From assembly GCA_963726195.1 (NCBI GenBank), contig CAVSBO010000004.1, forward strand, positions 160,001 through 224,000: a DNA stretch of 64,000 nt, in the 5' to 3' direction. This document shows, one piece after another, positions 39,396-48,867 of this stretch. The notes under the pieces are model-generated. The model was not told the origin of the DNA. It made no database searches and saw only the letters and a list, made by a program, of their open reading frames with translations. Made by a program: the position numbers and the translations under genes. Source of the DNA: Candidatus Thorarchaeota archaeon. GTDB taxonomy: Archaea; Asgardarchaeota; Thorarchaeia; Thorarchaeales; Thorarchaeaceae. Positions within the stretch are counted from its first letter, which is position 1. Every line of letters begins with the position of its first letter.

Positions 39396-39614
39396 GTGTC
39401 TCTGTACAGGGTGTCATATTTGGCCACAGTTCTAAGAACAGTTCGGCTGACGAGAGTCGAGGTCACTGAAACTAAGACGGTGGCCCAGCTGTTGCATGAC
39501 CTCAATCTTTCTCCTGATCACATCGTGTTAGTCGACGGACATAGGATGACATCTGGCTCCATCATACACGAACACGACAATGTCATTGTGCTTCCCCTTA
39601 TTGCGGGTGGCTAG
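39396..39614 (+). CDS. MoaD/ThiS/SAMP family ubiquitin-like protein
   Basis: 72 aa ending VLPLIAGG. Confidence 0.8.
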   Translation: MSLYRVSYLATVLRTVRLTRVEVTETKTVAQLLHDLNLSPDHIVLVDGHRMTSGSIIHEHDNVIVLPLIAGG

Positions 39615-41112
39615 TCGTTCGGATTCTTTGTGCGAACTTATGAGCTGCTTCCAAGTCTATTCTTAGCTCAGCAATGGGCTCACTGCGAATCGGGAATCCG
39701 ACCTCCATCGCAATTCTGTCTAGAACGATTTTTGTAAGTTGACTCTTGTCTTTGTTCTCAAGCTGTGGCGGGCACTCAGTTTTTTCAGATATAGCTCTTG
39801 AGAGCGCCTTCTGAGACCCCGAGCTATACTGCGTTGCCTTCTTTGGGCTGAAAGCAATGATTTCAGGCAGCCCCATGTTGACGGCAAGTTGCCTGAAGAT
39901 AGCTTTCCGTTCTGGCGGGTTGTCTGAAGAGATCTTCCATCGAGAAGGCACTGCAAGGGCTTCGAGAATGAACCGACTATTCAGATATGGGAAGAACGCG
40001 CTTAGGCCATTGTAGCCTACCGCTCTCTCGTCGCGCGCGATGTTTGTCTTGTGTGTTTGCTGAACCTCGGAGCGCAGTTCTTCATCGAGTGCATCTTCTC
40101 CATTCTCTGCAAATAGCTTGGCATGTTTTGAATATCCGCCGAACAACTCATCCGGACCTTGACCCGAAATCAGTATGGTCTCTCCTGAACTTCTTGCTGC
40201 GCGAGCCGCGATGAAGAACGGAAGAGCAATCTCGATATCTATTTGCCGAGTTGTTTCAATGGCGTAGATTATCTCAGGCAGATTCTCCCAAACGGTGTCT
40301 GGGTCGAATGGGGCAATTTCCAGTTCTAGGCCTAATCCCCGAGCGGCGGTGGATGCAGACTCCTCGTCGTGCGACCCTTCGGCGCATGCGGTAAACAGGG
40401 TTACTTCCCTGCAAACCGTCTTGGCAAGCAAAGCTGCAAGTGAGTTATCAACCCCACCTGAGAACAGAACTCCAACGCGCTCAGCGGCACGCAGAGAACC
40501 AAAGCAATTCTCCAGGCTTTTTTGAAGAGACGTAAGAAAGTCCTCACGCGATCGGCTTTTGTCCGTACGTGGATATGATTTCTCCAGTGCTGAGACTACT
40601 GACTGGGGATGACGCAAATCCACTCGAAGCGTTTGATTGGGTTCGAGTTCTATGCTATTGTACAAGCCAATGCTCCAGAGGGCCTTTCTTTCGGTAGAGA
40701 ATGCAAGATTCCCTTCTGACCACTGGAAGTACATTGGGTTTGTGGAATGTCCATATCTTGAGACGATGAGATCCGACTGACTAGCTCCCATGATTAGAGC
40801 ATCGGCCAGTTCTGGATGCTCGATGTCGATATCGCTCTTTAGATCAGCGACTCCGGATTTCAAGAGCTGTTCGACTGTCTCTTGGCAATCATTCCACGAA
40901 CACACGACAAGCGTCTGTTTGTTCGCACGAAGTGCGAAATGATCTTGAATCAGAGGCGACCGGACTGCGAAGCCGAATTGCGCAGAAAGACCATGATCCG
41001 AGACAACAAGCCTCTCTTGTCCTCTGTGCTCCATGGCGTCGGACATACGCCGGAGCACCCTAGATGGACTAGCGGCGTTGTGGGTGCTGTAGAAGCCTAC
41101 GATACCTACCAT
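39598..41112 (-). CDS. Asparagine synthetase-like PP-loop protein with degenerate glutaminase domain
   Basis: MVGIVG (no Cys), HRG, LFSGGVD, SGQGPDELFGGY, PKKATQYSSG. Confidence 0.8.
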   Translation of the reverse strand: MVGIVGFYSTHNAASPSRVLRRMSDAMEHRGQERLVVSDHGLSAQFGFAVRSPLIQDHFALRANKQTLVVCSWNDCQETVEQLLKSGVADLKSDIDIEHPELADALIMGASQSDLIVSRYGHSTNPMYFQWSEGNLAFSTERKALWSIGLYNSIELEPNQTLRVDLRHPQSVVSALEKSYPRTDKSRSREDFLTSLQKSLENCFGSLRAAERVGVLFSGGVDNSLAALLAKTVCREVTLFTACAEGSHDEESASTAARGLGLELEIAPFDPDTVWENLPEIIYAIETTRQIDIEIALPFFIAARAARSSGETILISGQGPDELFGGYSKHAKLFAENGEDALDEELRSEVQQTHKTNIARDERAVGYNGLSAFFPYLNSRFILEALAVPSRWKISSDNPPERKAIFRQLAVNMGLPEIIAFSPKKATQYSSGSQKALSRAISEKTECPPQLENKDKSQLTKIVLDRIAMEVGFPIRSEPIAELRIDLEAAHKFAQRIRTTSHPQ

Positions 41113-41215
41113 TGCAATCAGCAGAGCTTATTCTTGGCGTAATCTTGGAACGGAAAGGAGCTTCCTCTCTTGCTCGCTAGGCCAGCTATCTGGGGACTGT
41201 TGGCTCGACATGGAC

Positions 41216-41635
41216 TCACTTGGATACTGGCACATCATGCAGTATAACGTTCTGTACCCCAGATATCGCCTTGAGCGAGCGTTCGAGGTTGGCGACAGGC
41301 ATCTTGAGCTGACCCGGTGTGAAATAACACTCATAGTAGCATTGGTTCGCAGCTTGACAGATTCCGCTAGTGAAGAGAATGTCTTGGAGCCCGGCCTTAT
41401 CAAAGATAGTTGTGAGTTCTTCCAGAAAGCTCTTGCTCAATTTCTGAATGTCCAGCTTGAGGTAAGTCACCTTGTCGCTGCCAACTGGATACAACTTGAC
41501 ATTCTTGTCCTTCATGACAAGTATCGCAAGCCCGTAGGGCTGCCCAATACCGTCCACGAAGTCCGCTGGCAATGTAATCGCATTGCCTTTCACTATCTTC
41601 ATCACTCTTGCTTGAGTCATGTCCGTCTTGCTCAA
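41216..41635 (-). CDS. AbrB-like + ACT-like small protein
   Basis: KIVKGNAITLPADF N-terminus; ACT-like C-terminus ending LKAISGVQNV. Confidence 0.55.
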   Translation of the reverse strand: MSKTDMTQARVMKIVKGNAITLPADFVDGIGQPYGLAILVMKDKNVKLYPVGSDKVTYLKLDIQKLSKSFLEELTTIFDKAGLQDILFTSGICQAANQCYYECYFTPGQLKMPVANLERSLKAISGVQNVILHDVPVSK

Positions 41636-41833
41636 TGATTGTGCCTCCGAACTAAGCCAAGGAGGAAATCACTTGATGCAATTATATCTCTTGTGGGAAT
41701 TGCCATCTAAGCGGCAGCTGGGTGTCTACGAAGCATTCGCTATGGCATAAGCCTGTCAATTGGCCAGCAGACTGGTCTGTGTCGAGTCATAGATAAAAGC
41801 TGACACGATTGCTTGAACCTGCTGCACTGCAGA

Positions 41834-43036
41834 CTAGTCAACTCTCAAGGCTACGCATGCGACGATGGCAGCCGCCACGACTATTCCTAGTATGAGCATT
41901 GCTCTCCAATCGAGCAACGGAGGTACAACGTGGTTCGGGTCCTCTTGGTCAAGAAGAGATGTGTAGCCAAGAATTCCGAGGGCTTGAACTGCTAGTCCTG
42001 CATTAGGAAGTGTGCCCACAGCAAGCCCCGGCACATTTCCCCAGCTGCCATCAGCAGCTTGGCATTGTGCTATGAACTGTGCCGCAGATTGCTCGTCGGC
42101 CTGAGCCAAGGCATTCAGAGCTTGCAGGCCCTCAATGGCATAGAATGTGCTTGCAAGGTTGGTGTCGTTTGTGCCTGGGCCTTCTTCAAAACCGCTTATT
42201 GTAATGCCTTGAACAGAGCCGCTGATTTGGCGGCTCAGTATCCAGTGCGCAATGTCGCCGCTTCCTGCTAGTGACGGCAACTGGTTGAGAGCGTCCAATG
42301 CGAGAATTGCTGCGACGGTCGGAGTGACACCCGTAATGGATGAGTTTGGACTGAGTTTGAAGCTGTTGCCGACGCGACAGCTAAGGATCCAATCCAGGGT
42401 CTTGGTTTCGTTGCGCAACCACCTGCTACGGTTCTCATCTGGTTTCAGTTGCAGAAGTGTGTTTAGAGACTGCAAAGCGAAGTATGTTGAGACAATATCT
42501 GGCGCACTACCAGAAGCGGTGCCAAACCCACCAGAGCTTGTCTGCGTCTTGTTGACATAGATTAGGGCTGCGGTCACGTTGAATTTGATAGTGTCCAGGT
42601 TTGGGATGTCGGTGATTTTGCTGAGAAGACTCCAGAGCTCCAACGCTGTCCAGGTGCTCTGTATGGTCACTGGGCCGGCGATGTACGTGCTAAACCCACC
42701 ATAACGGTTGTAGCTGTCTCCGCCAGATTTCCATTGAATCTTCTGGGTGAAATTCTTCATCTTGACGAGGTCTATCATAGGTGGTCTCGAAGAAAGGTAT
42801 CCAAGGCTGTTGAGTATCAGAGCCGCCGCTCCGGTCGCCTCTATCCGTGATGTGTTCTCTTTGGTGATGGAATATCCTCCTTGAACTGCGTCATATCGTC
42901 CTGCAACAAACGAAATCAGTGATTCCTTTCTAGTTGCAGGATTGGCCGAGGCGGGCTGGACCAGAAATGGCAGGATGATAAGGGCGAATGCAACAACCAA
43001 GCCAACAGTTCTGACCTTGCTCATGTCAAGACGCAC
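41834..43036 (-). CDS. Exported, membrane-anchored prenyltransferase/squalene-oxidase-repeat protein
   Basis: Signal peptide; QTSSGGFG..STYFAL and QAADGSWG repeats; C-terminal TM. Confidence 0.75.
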   Translation of the reverse strand: MRLDMSKVRTVGLVVAFALIILPFLVQPASANPATRKESLISFVAGRYDAVQGGYSITKENTSRIEATGAAALILNSLGYLSSRPPMIDLVKMKNFTQKIQWKSGGDSYNRYGGFSTYIAGPVTIQSTWTALELWSLLSKITDIPNLDTIKFNVTAALIYVNKTQTSSGGFGTASGSAPDIVSTYFALQSLNTLLQLKPDENRSRWLRNETKTLDWILSCRVGNSFKLSPNSSITGVTPTVAAILALDALNQLPSLAGSGDIAHWILSRQISGSVQGITISGFEEGPGTNDTNLASTFYAIEGLQALNALAQADEQSAAQFIAQCQAADGSWGNVPGLAVGTLPNAGLAVQALGILGYTSLLDQEDPNHVVPPLLDWRAMLILGIVVAAAIVACVALRVD

Positions 43037-43155
43037 CAGCGCTCAACGCGCTGAGGGCCGAATCGGGGTCCCGTTATTAATGTTACCGTCGTACAGGAAA
43101 TGCACGTGAGTGACTGCTGCGAATAGCAGCCTACATCCCAGCGGATAGTTGACTG

Positions 43156-44100
43156 TCACACTGGGCCGAGCTTCTTAGAGCGAACGTATCTGTAGGCCGC
43201 GTCTGCGGCGATTGCACCCTGACCGACAGCAACTGCAATCTGCTTCATTGAAGCCACAACGTCTCCGGCAGCGAATACTCCCCGAACGCTGGTCATCTGA
43301 TCTTTGTCGGTGATTATCTCTCCGCGCCTGTTGGTGGCCACGCCAATAGCTTTGGTAATCGTGCTCTCGGCATCCGACCCCAACGCTACGAATACACCGT
43401 CAACCACTAGCGACTTTGTTTCACCTGTTTGTACATTCTCGAGGAGCACTTCTTGGATCTGCTGGTCTCCTCTGAACTCTTTCACAGTGGTATTCCAAAT
43501 CAGCTCTATGTCCGTTTTGAACAGCTGGTCTTGCATTGCGTTTACGGCCCTGAGGGCATCTCGCCTATGAATTAAGTAGACCTTTCCCGCGACCTCGTGC
43601 AAATACAATGCTTCCGTGACAGCAGTATCCCCTCCCCCGATTACAGCAACTGTCTTTCCTCTGAAGAGAGGGCCATCGCATGTAGCGCAAAAGGAGACCC
43701 CTCTGCCCGTTAGTTCGTCTTCGCCCGGAACGTTGAGCTTCTTGTAGCCGCCACCGGTTGCAACAATCACAGCACGGGCATTGTAGTTGCCACGTCGCGT
43801 CTCCAAAATGAAATCGCCGCTCTTCTCAGGTCCCCGTATGCTTTTGACTTCCGTAATCTCCTTGATCTGCGCACCGCTCTTCTTGACCTGCTCTTTCATC
43901 CGTGTTGCTAGGTCGATTCCAACTACGAAAGTGAAGCCCGGGTAGTTCTCAATTCCGGGGCTTGTCGCCTGTGCTCCTCCAAGGACTTTAGACTCCAGCA
44001 AGAGCGTCTTGAGTCCATAACGGGCCGCGTAAATAGCGGCGGTCATACCCGCTGGTCCCCCACCTACGATGGCAAGTTCCCAACTAAGGTCCTCGGTCAT
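43156..44100 (-). CDS. trxB: Thioredoxin reductase
   Basis: GGGPAG, CATCDG, GGGDTA, HRR, FAAGD. Confidence 0.95.
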   Translation of the reverse strand: MTEDLSWELAIVGGGPAGMTAAIYAARYGLKTLLLESKVLGGAQATSPGIENYPGFTFVVGIDLATRMKEQVKKSGAQIKEITEVKSIRGPEKSGDFILETRRGNYNARAVIVATGGGYKKLNVPGEDELTGRGVSFCATCDGPLFRGKTVAVIGGGDTAVTEALYLHEVAGKVYLIHRRDALRAVNAMQDQLFKTDIELIWNTTVKEFRGDQQIQEVLLENVQTGETKSLVVDGVFVALGSDAESTITKAIGVATNRRGEIITDKDQMTSVRGVFAAGDVVASMKQIAVAVGQGAIAADAAYRYVRSKKLGPV

Positions 44101-44173
44101 CAGGGTTCCACCATTGTAGGAAGCGCAATGAGCTGTATCATCGGTCGGAAGTCATCCTTAATCTCTCTTCTGG

Positions 44174-45021
44174 TCAGAACACACCTAGGTCTCTAGTAGC
44201 TTCGTCTGTCAGACCTTCCCCCGGCAACAGGGTGACTTTCTTGAGGGGTCTTAGCATGTCAGTGATTCGAGAGAGCGTCACTTCCCTAATTGGAGCGCTG
44301 TCATGTTTGGCAAGAGACACTGCAAGTCTGAACTTCTCCGGTTCGTAACTGAAGACATGGCCCGGACCGACAGCCAGCACGGTGTCTACTTTGTTAAGCC
44401 CTTCCCATGGCCATGCAGAATCATTGAACGCTTCAATCACAACGAAGTCGGATGTCTTCTCTAGTTCCTCGAACGACTCGCTCACAAACTCCTCAAAGCA
44501 ATCATTCTCAGTACTCTGAACTTCCTCAAGATGCTTGATTGGCCGCAGAGTCATGCCTGCCGACAGGCTGTCAGCTTGTTCAGGCGTGAGCAGGAGCTGC
44601 CCCTTCTGAATGAGGTCGTTGGCAATCATCATGGTTGATTGGATCCCGCTGCCCACAGGATGGCTCATTCTTTCCATCGCCAAGACCGAATCCCATCCAG
44701 CAAGACCGAGTGTACTGATGGGTCCCTTTCCCGGCCTCTGTAGATGCGCAGGCACATAGAGAGCGTGAACAGGGTTGACCACAAAATCATGGACTCTCGA
44801 GTGATAGACCTGCCTCACACGAGTTGCATCGTATGATACCACTTCTTGTTCTCCAGACAGTACTGGGTGTGCTCGTGCCTGTACCAATAGTTGTGTCCAC
44901 TAATGGGTTTGAAGAATTCGACCGCGTGCGTGTCCTTCATTCTCTGAATGAGCTGAATTGAGACTCCCGTTTTTCCAGAGTCAAAAGGATTCAGTCCAAC
45001 AACTAAGACACGATTAGCCAT
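44174..45021 (-). CDS. Predicted archaeal P-loop NTPase (COG4028-like); 1-nt deletion near 44841
   Basis: VVGLNPFDSGKT, FKPISGHNYWY, VNPVHAL, VIEAFND; two ORFs join at NKK/VSYDA. Confidence 0.75.
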
Positions 45022-45039
45022 TGGACCCTCTCCAAGCAA

Positions 45040-45094
45040 AAGAAGAACTGAAAGACAAAAGAAGAAACGAGAGGGAGCCATGAGGCTCCGTCTC
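45040..45094 (-). terminator. Hairpin + U-rich tract after the thermosome gene
   Basis: GGAGCC/GGCTCC stem at 45074-45089 followed by TTTCTTCTTTTG on the minus strand. Confidence 0.45.
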
Positions 45095-45104
45095 TTCTCG
45101 TGTT

Positions 45105-46769
45105 CTAATACATTCCTTCCATTCCGCCCATGCCGCCAGGACCACCTGGACCACCAGGGCCACCGGGGCCGCCTGCCGGAGGTCCACTAGACTTCGCGGC
45201 AATCACATCGTCGATTCTGAGGAGCATCTGTGCTGCTTCAGAAGCAGAACGGATCGCCTGTCTCTTGACACGGGTGGGCTCAATTACTCCCATCTTCATC
45301 ATATCAGCGGCGTGGCCGACAAACACATCTACACCAGACCAGATACCAGTTGGCTTTGTATGCTCCTTGTTCAGCTCAGCCATGATATCGATTGGGTCAT
45401 GCCCACCGTTCTCTGCCAGAGTCTTGGGTATAATCCTGAGAGCATCTGCAAAAGCCTCAATGGCGAGCTGCTCACGACCCTTGATTTCGGCTGCGTATGT
45501 TACAAGGCGCTTGGCAATCTCGGTCTCAATCGAACCACCGCCTGCGACGTAGGTACCGTCCTCGACCACGTTTCTGACGACTGAAAGAGCATCATGCATT
45601 GCTCTCTCTGCCTCATCGACAACGTGCTCAGTGCCGCCTCTGAGGACTATTGAAACGGCCTTCGGATTGTTGCAGTCTCTGACGTAGACGAGCTTGTCAT
45701 CACCAATCCTAACTTCCTCTACAAGACCTGCGGACCCGAGGTAGCTGGAATCGAGTTCCCCAAGGCTACTAGCAACTTTGGCGCCTGTTGCCTTCGCGAG
45801 CTTCTCGAGTGTGCTCTTCTTTGCCCTACGGATCGCCATGATGCCAGCCTTTGCCAGGAAGTGCTGCGCTACATCGTCAATTCCTTTCTGACAAACGAGG
45901 ACATTCACTCCGCTTGCGATGACTTTATCGACCATGTCCTTAATCATGTGCTCTTCTTCATCAAGGAAGGCCTTGATTTGGTCGGGCTTCTCGATTTTGA
46001 TTTCAGCATCGAACTCGGTCTTCTCGACCTCTATCGCAGCATCGACCAGCGCAATCTTCGCGCTCGTAACCTTTCTCGGCATGGCACTATGGACTACTTC
46101 CTTGTCAATGACTATACCCTTGACCAGTTCGGTCTCGGTGAGGCTCTTGCCCTGCTTCTTTGTGACCTCAATCATGTCGATGTCTGCCTTGTTCTTGCCA
46201 TCGACCTTCTCGACTATCTGCAGAATCGCATCGACTGCAATAGCAGAGAAGTGGTCTCTTGCACCGACAATGGACTTGCTGTTCATCGAAGTGTTCGCAA
46301 TCCCTATGAGAACTTTCTTGTCGAGACCATTCATCGTTACTGAGATTTGGTCGAGTATCTTGTTCGCTTCATCGGAAGCTTTCTGATATCCACCGACGAT
46401 AACGGTCGGGTGTATCTTCTTGTCAAGGAGCTCTTGAGCCCTCTTCAGGAGTTCGCCTGCGATAATCACAGAACTTGTAGTCCCGTCCCCCGTTTCTTGG
46501 TCTTGGCTCTTCGCGACCTCGACAAGCATCTTTGCAGCAGGATGCTGTACGTCAATCTCCTTCAGGATTGAAGCACCGTCGTTTGTAATCGTTACGTCAC
46601 CCAGCGAATCAACCAACATCTTGTCCATGCCGCGTGGACCAAGTGTGGACTTGATGGCATCGGATATCACAATGCCTGCCATGATGTTGTTTTGCTGGGC
46701 ATTCTTTCCCCGCGTTCGCTGAGTACCTTCTTTAAGAATCAGCACGGGGGTGCCGCTCAATTGTGCCAT
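45105..46769 (-). CDS. ths: Thermosome (group II chaperonin) subunit
   Basis: [25 protein letters not shown] tail. Confidence 0.97.
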   Translation of the reverse strand: MAQLSGTPVLILKEGTQRTRGKNAQQNNIMAGIVISDAIKSTLGPRGMDKMLVDSLGDVTITNDGASILKEIDVQHPAAKMLVEVAKSQDQETGDGTTSSVIIAGELLKRAQELLDKKIHPTVIVGGYQKASDEANKILDQISVTMNGLDKKVLIGIANTSMNSKSIVGARDHFSAIAVDAILQIVEKVDGKNKADIDMIEVTKKQGKSLTETELVKGIVIDKEVVHSAMPRKVTSAKIALVDAAIEVEKTEFDAEIKIEKPDQIKAFLDEEEHMIKDMVDKVIASGVNVLVCQKGIDDVAQHFLAKAGIMAIRRAKKSTLEKLAKATGAKVASSLGELDSSYLGSAGLVEEVRIGDDKLVYVRDCNNPKAVSIVLRGGTEHVVDEAERAMHDALSVVRNVVEDGTYVAGGGSIETEIAKRLVTYAAEIKGREQLAIEAFADALRIIPKTLAENGGHDPIDIMAELNKEHTKPTGIWSGVDVFVGHAADMMKMGVIEPTRVKRQAIRSASEAAQMLLRIDDVIAAKSSGPPAGGPGGPGGPGGPGGMGGMEGMY

Positions 46770-47076
46770 ATGACATTCACCTTATCATGTTCTATTGTAC
46801 TGATAGCGTTCTCATCTCAGCCTAGGCTGACGCCACCAGTCAAAACTGTACATGGACTTCGTGCTTAGCATTTAAAGATTACTTTCGAACCTCGCTCCAT
46901 CAGAGCCTCATAGTTCCCGTGTCTGTTCACGAATCATCGCGCTAAGTAGTGAGATATCCGTAACGATATGGTAGGGTGACATCGCGTTCCTTTTTCAGAG
47001 TCCTGCAGGCGATGCCCTTAATACAGACCCCCGCCTGGACCATTGGCGGTGCAAGGAGCATGGGAGTGAAGAGCCG

Positions 47077-47607
47077 TTGAGATGGTTCAGTGACCTCACA
47101 TTTCGCCAGATTGTGATATTGATGGTTATGGTGACGTTATTCGCACCTATTGCAGTGGGTAGCTTAATCGGTGCGTTGGCTGTGCCGGGGGGCAGTCAAG
47201 TTGAGTCTGTGGATTATGTCATCGTTGCACTGGTATGGTCATTCGGTTCCGGAAACACCTACTACAACTCAGGATTGTTCGTGTTTGAGCCGCTTCATAT
47301 TCTTGGCTATCTTTCCTTGACCTTCTTTCAGATTGTCTTTGGTGTGCTGGTTGTCCGTTACTGTCAAGACAAGTGCTCAAGAGGATGGGTAAATCTTGCG
47401 GCCATTGCGAGCATTGCGTTCCCGGTCCTTGTTTTGGCCTTGAAGATCCCGACCTACATTGCTTTACACGTACTGGCGTATGACGGGCCTGTACCTATTC
47501 AGCTAATCATCGGACTTCTATTGGTCAAATCACACAAGGTTCCGGGCAGCGATTCGCCTTGGTACAATGGAGAACAACAAACCGCTCGGGCCGCATCGGA
47601 ACATTAG
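47077..47607 (+). CDS. Hypothetical membrane protein
   Basis: 176 aa, 4-5 hydrophobic segments. Confidence 0.65.
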   Translation: MRWFSDLTFRQIVILMVMVTLFAPIAVGSLIGALAVPGGSQVESVDYVIVALVWSFGSGNTYYNSGLFVFEPLHILGYLSLTFFQIVFGVLVVRYCQDKCSRGWVNLAAIASIAFPVLVLALKIPTYIALHVLAYDGPVPIQLIIGLLLVKSHKVPGSDSPWYNGEQQTARAASEH

Positions 47608-47794
47608 GAGTAGTCAAGGTGGGAGCAAGGAGGTTCCGGGACATGCAGTCGTGCTTAGCATTCAAAGACTACCTTCGAACCTAGTTGGAATTCTGAAGGT
47701 CCGGTATGTTCATTGGACGATCAGTGTCTCAGGTCGGTCAGGAAGAAACATAATCCACTACTGCTTCCGATGTACAGCAGGAGAACGGGCACGC

Positions 47795-48613
47795 ATGAAG
47801 GAAACGGACAAGTTCTTTGAGGCCAATCAGAAGCTCTGGGATGAGTTCTCCAAACTACATGTTGATTCCAAGACCTACAAGAAAAAGGAGTTCCTTGAAG
47901 GGGCAACAACGCTACACGCTTTGGAGCTCGAAGAACTGGGCAGTGTCAAGGGAAAGACACTCCTGCATTTACAGTGTCAGTTCGGACTAGATACACTTTC
48001 TTGGGCACGAGAGGGAGCCAGCGTGACTGGCGTTGATTTTTCGGGAGAATCTATTCGGCTGGCAAAAATGCTATCTGACCAAGCTGGACTCAAGGCCACA
48101 TTCATTCAGTCTAACATCTACGATTTGCCCAAAGTACTCGACAGGAAGTTCGACATCGTGTTTACCTCATACGGTGTTCTCTGCTGGCTGCCTGACTTGC
48201 GACAGTGGGCACAGATTGTAGCCCATTTCCTAAAGAGTGGAGGTGTCTTCTATATCGCTGAGTTCCATCCCATGATGTGGGTTTTCGATTGGGATACCCC
48301 TGACGGGTTCAGAATCGCACGCACTTACTTCCACAATCCCGTTCCAATTGAATCTCAAGCTGAGGCATCCTACGCGGAACCAAACAAGAGAATTGGGCCG
48401 TTCGTTGAATACGAATGGGCTCATGGACTAGGTGACGTGGTCACTGCCATAGCAGACGCCGGTCTGCGCATACGGTTTCTCCATGAATTTCCGCGCTCGC
48501 CATTCCAACAGATTCCCCGCTTGAAAGAGGCCGCGGACGGGTCATGGCACTTCGATGACCCAGAGATTCAGCTCCCCTTGACATATTCACTGTTGGCTAC
48601 AAAGGGACGCTAG
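47795..48613 (+). CDS. Class I SAM-dependent methyltransferase
   Basis: LLHLQCQFGLDT, GVDFS, FDIVFTSYGVL, EFHP; ATG at 47795. Confidence 0.88.
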   Translation: MKETDKFFEANQKLWDEFSKLHVDSKTYKKKEFLEGATTLHALELEELGSVKGKTLLHLQCQFGLDTLSWAREGASVTGVDFSGESIRLAKMLSDQAGLKATFIQSNIYDLPKVLDRKFDIVFTSYGVLCWLPDLRQWAQIVAHFLKSGGVFYIAEFHPMMWVFDWDTPDGFRIARTYFHNPVPIESQAEASYAEPNKRIGPFVEYEWAHGLGDVVTAIADAGLRIRFLHEFPRSPFQQIPRLKEAADGSWHFDDPEIQLPLTYSLLATKGR

Positions 48614-48867
48614 AGACGAGCTTGTACAAGTGAAGTATCTTGCGCCACATGATGGCATGCTGGAAACCGACGCATGTATTTCGCCTCGGGAAAAGCTCTC
48701 ACCTCATCATGTTCTGCAGGACTTATGGCATTCCCGATTGCTGAGCGCAGAACTCCTCGGCTTCCTCTCTGCTGACGCCATTGCGCATGCCAAGGGGGTT
48801 GCTTCACTGAAGTCGAAAAGCATATTACCATGAATCGTTTCTTTGCGAAGCAAGGAGGATTTTCGTT

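Noticed and set aside
45105-45185. GGP/GGM repeat tail of the thermosome
   Set aside because: Typical low-complexity chaperonin C-terminus
48630-48833. 67-aa ORF before the large secreted protein
   Set aside because: No recognisable motif; cannot be supported as a gene
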